Positions 1-10,182 of a stretch of DNA of 64,000 bases are shown piece after piece; the first letter of the stretch is position 1; each line of letters starts with the position of its first letter. Source of the stretch: an uncultured bacterium (GTDB lineage Bacteria > UBP4 > UBA4092). The stretch lies in NCBI GenBank assembly GCA_964644695.1, contig CAZXWN010000009.1, forward strand, positions 1 to 64,000, read 5' to 3'. The translations under genes and the position numbers were made by a program. The notes under the pieces were generated by a model, which made no database searches, was not told the DNA's origin, and saw only the letters and a list, made by a program, of their open reading frames with translations.

Positions 1-2
1 TG

Positions 3-1355
3 GGAATAACCTTTTTAGCCATCGGAATGGTCGGGTTTTTATTCCTGTGGAAACTTCGCAAGAGATGTGTATGGAAATCAAGTTTTGTAGTACTTATCGG
101 GACAGGATTTTGCTTATTACTATTTACACCCCTTGTCGTTATTGGGCCTCGGCCAGAAGTAAACTGCTATACAAAGGATATGATTAACTACACATTGTCT
201 GAAGTTGAAATTCGTGGAGACAAACTATTTCATCAAACGGGTCCGCAAACTCTATGGATAAGAAAATTAGAACCTGATAAAACCGAGACAAGTTTTGAAG
301 TTAGTGTGAAAAGTAAGCCGGATAGATATAATGCGGTAAATTTAAATAGTTCATTCATATATAGGGAAGATTCGTTTATTACACTGGAGACGGCATCCTC
401 AGGAGTCTATGTTTACCAGTTAAGTCTCGATACTTATGATTGGACGACAATCCGTGTCGTTGCCAATCCTAATCAATACTGGTCCTCACCAACCTCAGCA
501 CAATATCGTAGTAAAGTCACCCTGGCCCCAAAGGTTCTCAAAGAAGTTAAATTGCCTCCAGTCAAAGATCTGGTTTATGCGTGGCTTATGGCGGATAAGG
601 ATAATTATTACATCCGATATTTCTGTAGTACTTATCGAAAGAATCCTAACTATAAAAAAGGTGCAACCCACAAGCCGATGCCTGGTTTTGGTATGGCATA
701 TGGATTTGGTTCTGCGGACCCAAGTGTTTCAATTATTACCTCTCATTTTGCCAAAGATGTTTATGTTTTGGGAAAAGATGATTTGAGCATAAAAGAACAT
801 TACATCTTTGATACAACAAAACGGTTTAACACAATTCCTTTGATTCAAAATAGATATCTTTTCCAAATATCTGATTCTTCAGAAAACAAAACAGAAATTA
901 TTGATACCTTTGCCAAGCAATCCAGTAAGGAACGTATTGTGAATAGATTCTCTTATACAGTGGGGAGTTACTATCTGGATACATCCGATCGGATGTATAT
1001 CGCCACTCCGGGCAATTTACTGACAGTGATGGACATTAAGGATGTTCGAAATATAAAGGTACTTGGGACAATCCCCCTGTCATTTCGGGACAAGTTATCT
1101 CTTAATGAGTTTTATGAATTCAATTATGTCCAAAAAGGAAACCGGCTGATCTTCTGGAATACAACAAATTATTATGTAGCGGATATCAGCCGTCCCGATA
1201 AACCTGTTCTACTGTTCCGCCGAATCGTTCCGAGGAAACTGAACCTCAGAGAGCAAAAACTGTGTTGGGATCCGAAGATGAATTCTTTCAGACTGATTGC
1301 CCGAGGGATTAATGGATATCTTTATGTTGGTGATTATCCGTCGGTAATGAAATAA
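3..1355 (+). CDS. Membrane-anchored hypothetical protein with LVIVD-like beta-propeller repeats; probably 5'-truncated by the window edge
   Basis: Frame is open from position 3 to the ATG at 27. N-terminal hydrophobic segments. Repeats VMDIKDVRNIKVLG and VADISRPDKPVLL resemble LVIVD repeats. Confidence 0.6.
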   Translation, partial: GITFLAIGMVGFLFLWKLRKRCVWKSSFVVLIGTGFCLLLFTPLVVIGPRPEVNCYTKDMINYTLSEVEIRGDKLFHQTGPQTLWIRKLEPDKTETSFEVSVKSKPDRYNAVNLNSSFIYREDSFITLETASSGVYVYQLSLDTYDWTTIRVVANPNQYWSSPTSAQYRSKVTLAPKVLKEVKLPPVKDLVYAWLMADKDNYYIRYFCSTYRKNPNYKKGATHKPMPGFGMAYGFGSADPSVSIITSHFAKDVYVLGKDDLSIKEHYIFDTTKRFNTIPLIQNRYLFQISDSSENKTEIIDTFAKQSSKERIVNRFSYTVGSYYLDTSDRMYIATPGNLLTVMDIKDVRNIKVLGTIPLSFRDKLSLNEFYEFNYVQKGNRLIFWNTTNYYVADISRPDKPVLLFRRIVPRKLNLREQKLCWDPKMNSFRLIARGINGYLYVGDYPSVMK

Positions 1356-1418
1356 AAAAGGGCGTGCAACAAGCTGGGATGGAGATTAAATAAAAAATTT
1401 AATCCTATATGTCCCGGC

Positions 1419-1454
1419 GACACAGAGGGTTCCTCCCGGTCCCTCTGTGTTTTT
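1419..1454 (+). terminator. Rho-independent terminator
   Basis: Stem ACACAGAGGG/CCCTCTGTGT followed by a T-tract, downstream of the first CDS. Confidence 0.75.
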
Positions 1455-1535
1455 ATGAAGGGTTGGTAAACCATCAGGTGTGAAGCAGGCGTATAATATT
1501 AAAATAACACCTCAGAATAAAAGAAGTCATTTATT

Positions 1536-2438
1536 ATGCCAACGAAACTTACCCTTCAGGAAAAAACGGCTCTCAAAGCCGCAGGATTCCTGCCCCAGCG
1601 TCAAGAAGGATATTGCAGCTGTCGGATTGTGACAAAAAATGGAGTCAATACAGCTGAGGAGCTGATAGCCATTTCTCAGATTGCCCAGTCGTTTGCGAAG
1701 GGATATGTGAATTACACTTCCCGGATGACGGTTGAGATTCCATGGATACCTGTGGAAAGAGTCCCTGAAGTAAAAGAGGCTCTGGATAAGGCTGGACTTC
1801 TTTATGGCGGAACGGGTGCGTTGGTTCGGCCGGTTACCTCTTGTAAAGGGACGGTCTGTGTGTTTGGACTGGTGGACACTCAGGCTGTCTGCAAGAAAAT
1901 TCATGATCATTTTTATGAGGGATGGCACACAACACCTCTTCCCCATAAATTCAAAATTGGTGTAGGTGGATGTCCGAATAACTGTATCAAGCCCAGTTTG
2001 AATGATGTGGGATTGATTGGAGCCATCCATCCAAAAGTTGTGGAAGAAAATTGTAAAAATTGCAAAACCTGTCAGGCTGTGAAGATATGCCCTACCGGTG
2101 CCATTACTTATCAGGAAGGCCAGATTCCCCAATTGAATGAGGATTTATGTATCCAGTGTGGTCTGTGTATCTCCCGGTGTAGTTTTGGAATGTTTCAGGA
2201 AAAGAAAAAAGGATTCCGGATATTTCTGGGAGGCCGATGGGGGAAAGCTTATCGGCTGGGAACTCGTGTCCCGGGTATGTTTAGTGAGGAGCAGGCTTTC
2301 GGCCTGATCGAAAATGCGCTGAATTTCTATCGTACCGAAGGCAATCCTAAAGAACGGTTTGGTGATTTGCTCGACCGTTACGGTGTGGATGAGGCGCTGA
2401 AAACCATCACTGCCGGTCTGGGTGATACGACCATCTGA
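1536..2438 (+). CDS. Nitrite/sulfite reductase family siroheme/4Fe-4S protein with ferredoxin insert (AsrC-like)
   Basis: TSRMTVEIP half-domain, SCKGTVC and PHKFKIGVGGCPNNC siroheme-cluster motifs, two CxxCxxC/CP ferredoxin motifs, C-terminal ERFGDLLDR. Confidence 0.85.
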   Translation: MPTKLTLQEKTALKAAGFLPQRQEGYCSCRIVTKNGVNTAEELIAISQIAQSFAKGYVNYTSRMTVEIPWIPVERVPEVKEALDKAGLLYGGTGALVRPVTSCKGTVCVFGLVDTQAVCKKIHDHFYEGWHTTPLPHKFKIGVGGCPNNCIKPSLNDVGLIGAIHPKVVEENCKNCKTCQAVKICPTGAITYQEGQIPQLNEDLCIQCGLCISRCSFGMFQEKKKGFRIFLGGRWGKAYRLGTRVPGMFSEEQAFGLIENALNFYRTEGNPKERFGDLLDRYGVDEALKTITAGLGDTTI

Positions 2439-2590
2439 CTCTGTATCAGACCATTACAATTAATATAATATCTCTGAGATTTCCAAAATCTCTGAAAAAG
2501 CGTTAAAATATAAGATTCAACAGGCAATTATTTATTATCTATACCTGTATCTATAGTAGGGAAAATTCCCTGGAAAGAGAGCGTAAAACC

Positions 2591-3511
2591 ATGGCGAGTC
2601 AAACAAAAACAGTGAAAGCGGCCGCAAGCCCTGAAATTCTTATTTATCTGGATGGTAAATTTGTACCCAAATCTCAGGCCATGGTCTCTGTCTTTGACCA
2701 CGGATTTTTATATGGAGATGGTTGTTTTGAAGGGATTCGGGCCTACAACGGTCGTGTTTTCCGACTGGAACAGCATCTGAAACGGTTTTATGATTCGGCG
2801 CGTGCCATCCTATTAACTATTCCCCTTTCCATGAAAGAGATGGAACAAGTGGTGGTGGAGACGGTCCGTGTCAATAAATTTAAAGATTGTTATATCCGGT
2901 TGGTGGTGTCCCGCGGCCCTGGCGATTTAGGCTTGGCACCTTGGAAATGTTCCAAACCGACCGTGTTATGTATCGCTGACAAAATTGCTTTGTATCCGGA
3001 AGAACTTTATCGCAATGGCCTGAGTATCTGTACCGTGCCTACCCGAAGAAACACTCCGGAAGCTATCAACCCCAACATTAAGTCCCTCAATTACCTTAAT
3101 AATATTCTGGCTAAAATTGAGGCAAAAAATGCCGGCTGTGAAGAAGCTCTGATGATGAATCAGCAGGGATATGTGGCTGAATGTACCGGTGATAATCTAT
3201 TCATCATTCGTAATGGTGTCTTGATCACTCCACCAGCCTCCGCGGGTGCTCTCGATGGTATAACCAAACAGGCCGTGTTGGAAGTTGCCGGTAAGCTGAA
3301 AATCAAGACAGCTGAAACCAATTTGACACGGTTTGATGTGTTTAATGCTGAGGAATGTTTCCTGACTGGGACCGCTGCTGAAATCATCCCGGTCGTGGGT
3401 GTGGATGCCCGCCAAATTGGAAACGGTAAACCAGGCCCCAAGACCATTAAGCTGATTGCTGAATTTAAGAAGCTGACCCAAAAGACAGGGACTCCAGTTT
3501 ACAAAAAATAG
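2591..3511 (+). CDS. ilvE: Branched-chain amino acid aminotransferase (PLP fold IV)
   Basis: DHGFLYGDGCFEGIRAY, KSLNYLNN (PLP lysine), LDGIT and FLTGTAAEI motifs. Confidence 0.95.
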   Translation: MASQTKTVKAAASPEILIYLDGKFVPKSQAMVSVFDHGFLYGDGCFEGIRAYNGRVFRLEQHLKRFYDSARAILLTIPLSMKEMEQVVVETVRVNKFKDCYIRLVVSRGPGDLGLAPWKCSKPTVLCIADKIALYPEELYRNGLSICTVPTRRNTPEAINPNIKSLNYLNNILAKIEAKNAGCEEALMMNQQGYVAECTGDNLFIIRNGVLITPPASAGALDGITKQAVLEVAGKLKIKTAETNLTRFDVFNAEECFLTGTAAEIIPVVGVDARQIGNGKPGPKTIKLIAEFKKLTQKTGTPVYKK

Positions 3512-3626
3512 TCACGGGATTTCTGTCATAGACCGGGGTGTTCCGGTCGGGATAGAATAGAATAAGGAACAGTATTTAATCTCACCAGGTCCGGTTTCTT
3601 TTAAGGGGCCGGACCGGGAGTCTTTT

Positions 3627-4148
3627 ATGGTTTACTGTGACATCTGTAAACAAGTACCCGCAAGCCTGCACATTACCCGCATTGAGGGTGGGCAGGTCTA
3701 TGAAATACATTATTGTCAGAAATGCGCCGAAGCTCAGACTAACTTGAAACCCAATATGAGTGATTTGGAGATTGTGGAAGAAATCTTCAAGGAAGTCGCT
3801 GCAAAAGTAGCCGATACCGGAACCCCCATTGGCTCAATTAAGGAAGGGATGATCTGTCCTTCCTGCGGGATGAAGATGACCCAATTCTATAAAACAGCAA
3901 AACTGGGTTGTCCGGAATGTTATAACGCTTTCAAAAACGGGCGCGAGGGCATTCGTTCTATATTACGGAAAATCCATGGGAATAATCACCATGTCGGCAA
4001 AACTCCCAATGTCCCCACTGATATTGTTGAACGGGAAAAGCGTATCCGCGAACTGGATGCTGAATTGGCAGCGGCGGTTAAATTGGAAAATTACGAAAAA
4101 GCGGCGGAACTTCGTGACCAAATCAAAAAACTGGGGGGAATCCGGTAA
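3627..4148 (+). CDS. mcsA: McsA, activator of protein arginine kinase (CxxC motifs plus UVR domain)
   Basis: Four CxxC motifs, LGCPECY, HVGKTP, C-terminal ENYEKAAELRDQI; lies directly upstream of mcsB-clpC. Confidence 0.93.
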   Translation: MVYCDICKQVPASLHITRIEGGQVYEIHYCQKCAEAQTNLKPNMSDLEIVEEIFKEVAAKVADTGTPIGSIKEGMICPSCGMKMTQFYKTAKLGCPECYNAFKNGREGIRSILRKIHGNNHHVGKTPNVPTDIVEREKRIRELDAELAAAVKLENYEKAAELRDQIKKLGGIR

Positions 4149-4189
4149 AACATCCCTGTAGAACAGGTGTTTTATCGAAATAATGCCAC

Positions 4190-5272
4190 ATGATACCAGA
4201 TATCCCATCCCCAGAAACTTATCTCCGAAACCTGGCTCGCCGGCCTTGCCCTTGGATAGCATCCGAAGGCCCTTTTAGTCATACCGTTATTTCCAGCAGA
4301 ATCCGACTTGCCAGGAATCTGGCAGGTCATAAATTCCCCCATTGGGCTAATCCCGATGAACTCGACTCCATTGGACTTGAGATCCATCAAGCTATCTTAC
4401 AGGCAGATAGTTACCATGGAGCTATTTTCCTCCGGATGGAAGAGTTTTCCCCTCGTGAACGAAACCTATTGAAAGAACGTCACTTAATCAGCCATGAAAT
4501 GACCCGAAGTGGTCAGTCCCGGTCTGTTTTCATTCCCCCGGGCGAAGAAGGTTCGGTCATGATTAATGAAGAGGACCACCTCAGGGTACAGGTAATTGAA
4601 CCGGGTTTGTCTCTGGCTGTGGCATGGAACAGGATTCAACGGGTTAATACCGAATTAGAGGCTTTTTTGAACTTTTCCTTCTCTGCAGAATATGGTTATC
4701 TGACTACTTGTCCCTCCAATACAGGGACGGGTTTGAGAGCCTCAGTCATGATGCATCTTCCGGGCTTGGTTATGACTGGCGGATTGGCGGGCATAATCAA
4801 GATGCTCCAAACAGCGGGATTGGCTGTTCGCGGCTTTTTTGGTGAGGGAAGTGAGGCCTTTGGTGATATTTACCAGATATCCAATCAGGTGACTTTGGGG
4901 CAAACCGAAGAAGAATTGATCCGCCATGTGGATGGTTATGTAAAACAGGTGGCCGGCCGGGAAATGGCCAGCCGTAAAGAATTGTTCCACCAGGCACGGG
5001 CAAAGGCGGAAGATGCTGTCTTCCGGGCATGTGGCATCCTCACTCGTGCGCGAATGATGTCAACTCCTGATGCCTTGCAACAGTTATCCTATCTAAGATT
5101 GGGTGTAGGATATGGCCTGGTAAATCTGTCTTATCCAAAAGTAGATGAGCTGGGACTGATTATTCAGCCTGCACATCTTCAGATACTGGCTGGACAGGAA
5201 CTGGATGAAGGGGCTCAGGACATCCTTCGAGCCGAATGTATTCGGAACCAGTTGGCACACTACGGTTTATAG
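4190..5272 (+). CDS. mcsB: Protein arginine kinase McsB
   Basis: SSRIRLARN, MINEEDHLR, YLTTCPSNTGTGLRAS and YQISNQVTLG motifs of ATP:guanido phosphotransferases; gene context. Confidence 0.95.
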   Translation: MIPDIPSPETYLRNLARRPCPWIASEGPFSHTVISSRIRLARNLAGHKFPHWANPDELDSIGLEIHQAILQADSYHGAIFLRMEEFSPRERNLLKERHLISHEMTRSGQSRSVFIPPGEEGSVMINEEDHLRVQVIEPGLSLAVAWNRIQRVNTELEAFLNFSFSAEYGYLTTCPSNTGTGLRASVMMHLPGLVMTGGLAGIIKMLQTAGLAVRGFFGEGSEAFGDIYQISNQVTLGQTEEELIRHVDGYVKQVAGREMASRKELFHQARAKAEDAVFRACGILTRARMMSTPDALQQLSYLRLGVGYGLVNLSYPKVDELGLIIQPAHLQILAGQELDEGAQDILRAECIRNQLAHYGL

Positions 5273-5432
5273 ACTTATTGGAACAAATCGACCTGTTATC
5301 AACGTTACAAATTATATAAAAAGGCATAAACTAATAGTATATAGATAGACAGCAGTACCTCGGGCAGGGACAGTTTTCTGAGAATATCTCAGACCACTGG
5401 AATGAACCGATAGAGGCTGTAAGGAGGACATC

Positions 5433-7904
5433 GTGAACCTCGAATTCACTGAGCGCGTTAAAAAAATTATCACCACCATATCGAAAGAAGAAGCGGCCCG
5501 GTTGGGGCATGAATATATCGGTACCGAACACATTCTTCTGGCCCTTATCCGTGAAGGCAATGGGTTGGGGTGTGATGTCCTTCGTCAAATGAATGTGGAT
5601 TTAGAGTTATTGGCTATGGAGATGGAAAAACGGATTAAAGGTCCTGCCGGTCTTCCCGTTCTTGGAAATATCGGTTACACTCCCAAAGCTCATCGGTCTA
5701 TTGAACTGGCCCGGGAAGAAGCCCGTGGCATGAATATGAATTATGTGGGTACGGAACATCTGCTTCTCGGACTTATCCGGGAAGGTGAAGGTTTGGCGTC
5801 CCAGGTATTAGACCATTTCGGCGTAAATATAGACTCCACTCGGGCTGTTGTTCAAAAAGTCCTTGGTGGTGATGCTCCCCAGACTGCCGCACCCTCCAAA
5901 AAGCGTTCGAAAACACCCGCCCTTGATACCTTCGGTCGTGACCTTACGGAAATGGCTCGTGAAGGCAAACTCGACCCTGTGATTGGCCGTGAAGATGAGA
6001 TTGAACGGGTACTGCAGATTCTCTGCCGCCGTACCAAAAACAATCCGGTCCTGTTAGGTGAACCGGGTGTCGGAAAAACCGCTATCGTTGAAGGTATCGC
6101 CCAGAAAATTGTGGCGAATCATGCCCCCGATATTCTCGCAAATAAACGGTTGTTGACCCTTGATTTAGCCGCTGTGGTGGCAGGTACCAAATACCGGGGT
6201 CAATTTGAAGAACGCTTGAAAGCGATCATGACCGAAATCAAGCGGACTGACGATATTATCCTTTTTATTGATGAATTACATACCCTCATTGGTGCCGGTG
6301 CCGCTGAAGGGGCCATCGACGCTTCCAATATGCTCAAGCCTGCCTTGGCGCGTGGTGAATTACAGTGCATTGGTGCGACCACCCTTGAAGAATACCGCAA
6401 ATTTATTGAGCGGGATGGTGCTCTTGAACGCAGATTCCAAACGGTGAATGTTGACCCGCCCACTCCGGAAGATGCTTTCCAAATTCTTAAAGGTCTCCGC
6501 GAAAAATATGAGTTGTTCCACGGTGTAACTTATACGGAAGATGCCCTGGCCTCTGCCGTGAAGTTGTCGGACCGTTATATCACCGGTCGTTTCTTGCCGG
6601 ATAAGGCGATTGACCTGTTGGATGAAGCGGGTGCCAGAGCCCGGTTGAAGTCACAGAGTCGGCCCCCAGATTTCAAGGCCATGAAACAGCAGGTTGAGCA
6701 AATCCAGACGGATAAAGAAAATGCTATCCGTGAACAGGATTATGAGAAGGCTGCCCGTCTCCGCGATCAAGAACGCAAGATGAAAGCCAAGTATGACGAA
6801 GAAGTAAAAACGTGGGAAGAAGTAAAAGAAAAGACCCAGAAGTTAAACCAGATTGGGCCGGAAGATATTGCATTCATCGTTGCAAAATGGACGGGTGTCC
6901 CTGCCATTAAACTCGAACAAAAAGAATCCGAGCGATTACTCCAGATGGAAGCCGCTCTGCAAAATCGTGTCATTGGTCAGGAGGAAGCCGTTATTGCCAT
7001 CTCCAAATCTATCCGGAGAGCTCGAGCGGGTTTGAAAAATACTAAACGCCCGATAGGTTCCTTCATTTTCCTCGGACCAACCGGTGTCGGTAAAACGGAA
7101 CTGGCGCGTGCCTTGGCACACTTCATGTTTGATGATGACAATGCAATGGTCCGGATTGATATGTCCGAATACATGGAGAAACATGCCGTTTCTCGATTGG
7201 TCGGTGCACCTCCGGGCTATATTGGACATGATGAAGGCGGTCAGTTAACGGAAAAAGTCCGTCGGCGCCCTTATTCGGTGGTTCTCTTTGATGAAATCGA
7301 AAAAGCCCATCCTGAAGTATTTAATATTCTCCTTCAGTTATTGGATGATGGTCGTTTGACTGATTCTAACGGACGAACGGTGGACTTCCGGAACTGCGTG
7401 GTCATTATGACCTCTAACCTCGGGACTCGTTTCATTAATACTGCCGGTGGACTTGGGTTCCACTCTGATGACCCGCGCGCCGGATATCAGGCTATGAAAG
7501 ACAAAGTGATGGATGAATTGAAGAAATCCTTCAATCCTGAGTTCCTCAACCGTGTCGATGAAGTAGTGGTCTTCCACCAGTTGGATGAAGGACATATCCT
7601 CAAGATTATCGACATTATGCTGAAAGATATCCTGGACCGGTTGGCTGATCGGATGATAACTCTGACGCTGACTATGGATGCCAAAAACTATATCGTGAAA
7701 TATGGATATGACCCTGCAAATGGTGCGCGTCCATTACGGCGCGCCCTCCAGCGCTTCGTTGAAGACCCTCTCTCTGAAGAGTTACTCAAAGGTTCCTTCA
7801 AAGATGGGGATAACATCATCGCCGACATCGATGGGGATAAGCTGCTCTTTAAACGAGTGGAACCGGTGGTGGAAGAAGAACCCGCTACAACGGAAACTAC
7901 TTAA
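5433..7904 (+). CDS. clpC: ATP-dependent Clp protease ATPase subunit ClpC
   Basis: Two Clp-N repeats, two AAA+ modules ([16 protein letters not shown]), UVR coiled coil, LGF ClpP-docking loop; AAGGAGG RBS before a GTG start. Confidence 0.97.
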   Translation: MNLEFTERVKKIITTISKEEAARLGHEYIGTEHILLALIREGNGLGCDVLRQMNVDLELLAMEMEKRIKGPAGLPVLGNIGYTPKAHRSIELAREEARGMNMNYVGTEHLLLGLIREGEGLASQVLDHFGVNIDSTRAVVQKVLGGDAPQTAAPSKKRSKTPALDTFGRDLTEMAREGKLDPVIGREDEIERVLQILCRRTKNNPVLLGEPGVGKTAIVEGIAQKIVANHAPDILANKRLLTLDLAAVVAGTKYRGQFEERLKAIMTEIKRTDDIILFIDELHTLIGAGAAEGAIDASNMLKPALARGELQCIGATTLEEYRKFIERDGALERRFQTVNVDPPTPEDAFQILKGLREKYELFHGVTYTEDALASAVKLSDRYITGRFLPDKAIDLLDEAGARARLKSQSRPPDFKAMKQQVEQIQTDKENAIREQDYEKAARLRDQERKMKAKYDEEVKTWEEVKEKTQKLNQIGPEDIAFIVAKWTGVPAIKLEQKESERLLQMEAALQNRVIGQEEAVIAISKSIRRARAGLKNTKRPIGSFIFLGPTGVGKTELARALAHFMFDDDNAMVRIDMSEYMEKHAVSRLVGAPPGYIGHDEGGQLTEKVRRRPYSVVLFDEIEKAHPEVFNILLQLLDDGRLTDSNGRTVDFRNCVVIMTSNLGTRFINTAGGLGFHSDDPRAGYQAMKDKVMDELKKSFNPEFLNRVDEVVVFHQLDEGHILKIIDIMLKDILDRLADRMITLTLTMDAKNYIVKYGYDPANGARPLRRALQRFVEDPLSEELLKGSFKDGDNIIADIDGDKLLFKRVEPVVEEEPATTETT

Positions 7905-7921
7905 TTAAACTCTCGGAAAAT

Positions 7922-7963
7922 AAAAAGACCGTCAGACAATCTTGTCTGGCGGTCTTTTGTTTT
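7922..7963. terminator. Bidirectional intrinsic terminator after clpC; identical copy at 8353-8394
   Basis: AAAAGACCGTCAGACA/TGTCTGGCGGTCTTTT stem flanked by A and T tracts, between convergent genes. Confidence 0.85.
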
Positions 7964-7985
7964 ATCATCGCTTTGCTTAGGGAAT

Positions 7986-8207
7986 CTACTTTTTCTTTCG
8001 TCCCACAAAAAAGTAAATAATGGCTCCAATCATATGTGTAAAAACAATAACAAGAGTCCAAACCAGTTTTTCATTACTATCAAGTTCTTTATTAGTCAGG
8101 CAGTCTATCAGCATCCACATCCAGAGAACTATAGATACTAAGGCGATAAAAAACGCAAATATAAAGAAAATTCCAAACATTGTTGCGATTCCTGCTTCTG
8201 GCCCCAT
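7986..8207 (-). CDS. Small membrane protein, PLDc_N (phospholipase D N-terminal-like) domain, copy 1
   Basis: LWMWMLIDC...EKLVWTLVIVFTHMIGAIIYFFVGRKKK pattern; GGAGG RBS. Confidence 0.8.
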   Translation of the reverse strand: MGPEAGIATMFGIFFIFAFFIALVSIVLWMWMLIDCLTNKELDSNEKLVWTLVIVFTHMIGAIIYFFVGRKKK

Positions 8208-8407
8208 TAACTACCCTCCAAAATGAATAAAATTTTGTATTGGTTCCACCCATATTACCACATTTTTAGTGATAAACAGGGTTATAAGTAGAACCGGTGG
8301 TGGAAGAAGAACCCGCTACAACGGAAACTACTTAATTAAACTCTCGGAAAATAAAAAGACCGTCAGACAATCTTGTCTGGCGGTCTTTTGTTTTATCATC
8401 GCGTTGC

Positions 8408-8620
8408 TTAGGAAAGCCGCTTTTTCTTTCGTCCCACAAAAAAGTAGATAATGGCTCCAATAAATTGTGTAAAAGCAATAATAAGAGCCCAAACCAGTTT
8501 TTCATTACTATCAAGTTCCTTATTAGTCAGGCAGTCTATCAGCATCCATATCCAGAACGCTGCAGATGCTAAAACGATAGAAACCATAAATATTACGAAA
8601 ATTATAAACATTGCTGACAT
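8408..8620 (-). CDS. Small membrane protein, PLDc_N domain, copy 2
   Basis: Paralogue of 7986-8207. The aligned start codon is ATT, so the next ATG (8620) is the likely start. The aligned stop is replaced, adding RLS. Confidence 0.75.
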   Translation of the reverse strand: MSAMFIIFVIFMVSIVLASAAFWIWMLIDCLTNKELDSNEKLVWALIIAFTQFIGAIIYFFVGRKKKRLS

Positions 8621-8757
8621 TGCAATTAGCCACCCTCCAAAACAGATAAAATTTTGTATTGGTCTCACTCATATTACCATATCTTAAATTTTAGCTATAA
8701 ACAGGGTTATAATAGGAAAAATAATTTCCCCGATTCCTGAGAGGTAGAAAACGGATC

Positions 8758-8970
8758 ATGTGTCTCGCTGTCCCCGCAAAAATAATTGAGTTGAAAGAAA
8801 ATCAGATGGCTTCCGTTGAAATAACTGGGATTGTCAGAGATGTATCCATCATGCTTCTGGACGATGTTCAGCCGGGGGAATATGTACTGGTCCATGCAGG
8901 CTTTGCCCTCGAAAAAGTGGATGAGAAAACCGCCCAACAAACAATCAAAGACTTGGAGTCCATTCAGTGA
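8758..8970 (+). CDS. hypC: [NiFe]-hydrogenase maturation chaperone HypC
   Basis: MCLAVP N-terminus and YVLVHAGFA. Confidence 0.95.
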   Translation: MCLAVPAKIIELKENQMASVEITGIVRDVSIMLLDDVQPGEYVLVHAGFALEKVDEKTAQQTIKDLESIQ

Positions 8971-10067
8971 CCGGAACGGGCGACTATCGAGACCCCCAAT
9001 GGGTTCGGGAACAAGTATCCGTCCTCCGCGATTTGTGCGGTCAATTAAAAGGACGAAAAGTTCGTTTGATGGAAGTTTGTGGCACTCATACCATGTCGGT
9101 CTATCGGCATGGGATACGCTCTCTTTTACCTCCTGAAATAAATCTTCTCTCCGGTCCGGGATGTCCGGTCTGTGTAACGCCCACCTCCTGGATTGATGTC
9201 ACGATTGTTCTGGCACGAATGCCGAAAGTGATTCTTGCGACCTTTGGCGACTTGTTAAAAGTTCCGGGCAGTCAGGAAAATCTGGCCCAGGCCAAAGCTG
9301 CCGGGGCCGAAGTTCATGTGGTCTATTCCCCACTGGATGCGCTTGAATTGGCGCGCACTCAGCCTGACCGTGAGGTGGTGTTCCCGGGTATTGGTTTTGA
9401 AACAACGGTTCCTGCCGTTGCCGCGACCGTCTTAATGGCGGAGCAGCAGCAAATCCCCAACTTCTCGATTCTCTCGGCACATAAAGTCATGCCGCCGGCA
9501 ATGGAGGCGCTGGCGACAGCACCCGATTTAAGAGTAGATGGGTTCTTATGTCCCGGTCATGTAGCGGCGATAACGGGATACCGGATATTTGGTTTCCTGG
9601 CCCATGATTACCACAAACCCTGTGTGATTGCCGGGTTTGAAGCCGGTGATGTTCTGACGGGTCTGATTCTGTTGGTGCGGCAGTTGATTGCCGGCCGGGC
9701 TGAAGTCGAAAACCAGTACACCCGAATTGTTACCCGCGAGGGTAATCATAAGGCTCAAGTTATTATTGAACAAATGATGGAACCCTGTGATACGGAATGG
9801 CGGGGATTTGGAATCATTCCTGGAAGTGGTCTCAAACTTCGGGCTGCATATAAACATCGGGATGCACTCACACGATTTGGATTGACCCTTCCGGAGTCCC
9901 ACCCAACTCCGGGGTGTTTGTGTGGGGAGGTTCTTCGGGGAGCGAAGGTTCCCACGGAGTGTTCCCTGTTTGGAAAAGCCTGTACTCCCGAAAAACCCGT
10001 AGGGGCCTGTATGGTTTCCCAGGAAGGAACTTGTGCCGCTTGGTTCCGCTATGGACAGATCTCTTGA
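8967..10067 (+). CDS. hypD: [NiFe]-hydrogenase maturation protein HypD
   Basis: MEVCGTHT, GPGCPVC, GFETT, PGHV and GACMVSQEGTCAA motifs; GTGA overlap with hypC. Confidence 0.96.
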   Translation: MTGTGDYRDPQWVREQVSVLRDLCGQLKGRKVRLMEVCGTHTMSVYRHGIRSLLPPEINLLSGPGCPVCVTPTSWIDVTIVLARMPKVILATFGDLLKVPGSQENLAQAKAAGAEVHVVYSPLDALELARTQPDREVVFPGIGFETTVPAVAATVLMAEQQQIPNFSILSAHKVMPPAMEALATAPDLRVDGFLCPGHVAAITGYRIFGFLAHDYHKPCVIAGFEAGDVLTGLILLVRQLIAGRAEVENQYTRIVTREGNHKAQVIIEQMMEPCDTEWRGFGIIPGSGLKLRAAYKHRDALTRFGLTLPESHPTPGCLCGEVLRGAKVPTECSLFGKACTPEKPVGACMVSQEGTCAAWFRYGQIS

Positions 10068-10101
10068 CCTTTTCCGGCCCAACATTCTTTACCCTTTGAC
10101 T

Positions 10102-10182
10102 TGGACATTTTTCACCCCTTGACAACCTGTGTCCACTCCGTTTCCTGAAACGAACCAGATACGAAGAGGGTACGTCTCAGAA
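10102..10182 (+). repeat. Dispersed intergenic element, copy A
   Basis: Aligns by eye with 26232-26313 over about 70 bp, sharing TTGACA, TGTCCACTCCGTTTCC and AAACGAAnCAGATACGAA. Confidence 0.8.

Larger units (their letters stand above)
7856..8712. repeat. Direct tandem duplication, two units about 431 bp apart (clpC 3' end + terminator + small gene + its upstream region)
   Basis: 7860-7971 is identical to 8291-8402. The remainder aligns with substitutions through the shared end ATAAACAGGGTTATAA (ending 8287 and 8712). Confidence 0.95.

Noticed and set aside
1356..1470. Nested hairpins after the first CDS as an integron attC site
   Set aside because: No properly paired RYYYAAC/GTTRRRY ends, no second similar site and no integrase; a terminator explains the main hairpin.
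1527..2132. 201-aa antisense ORF
   Set aside because: Lies entirely opposite the well-supported sulfite reductase-like gene and has no recognisable motifs.
8269..8514. 60-aa ORFs at 8269-8451 (+) and 8332-8514 (-)
   Set aside because: They cross the duplicated terminator and are by-products of the repeat.
7856..8712. Tandem repeat as a DGR template/variable pair or prophage attL/attR
   Set aside because: Differences are not confined to adenines, no reverse transcriptase or integrase is in the window, and only ~320 bp separate the identical segments.
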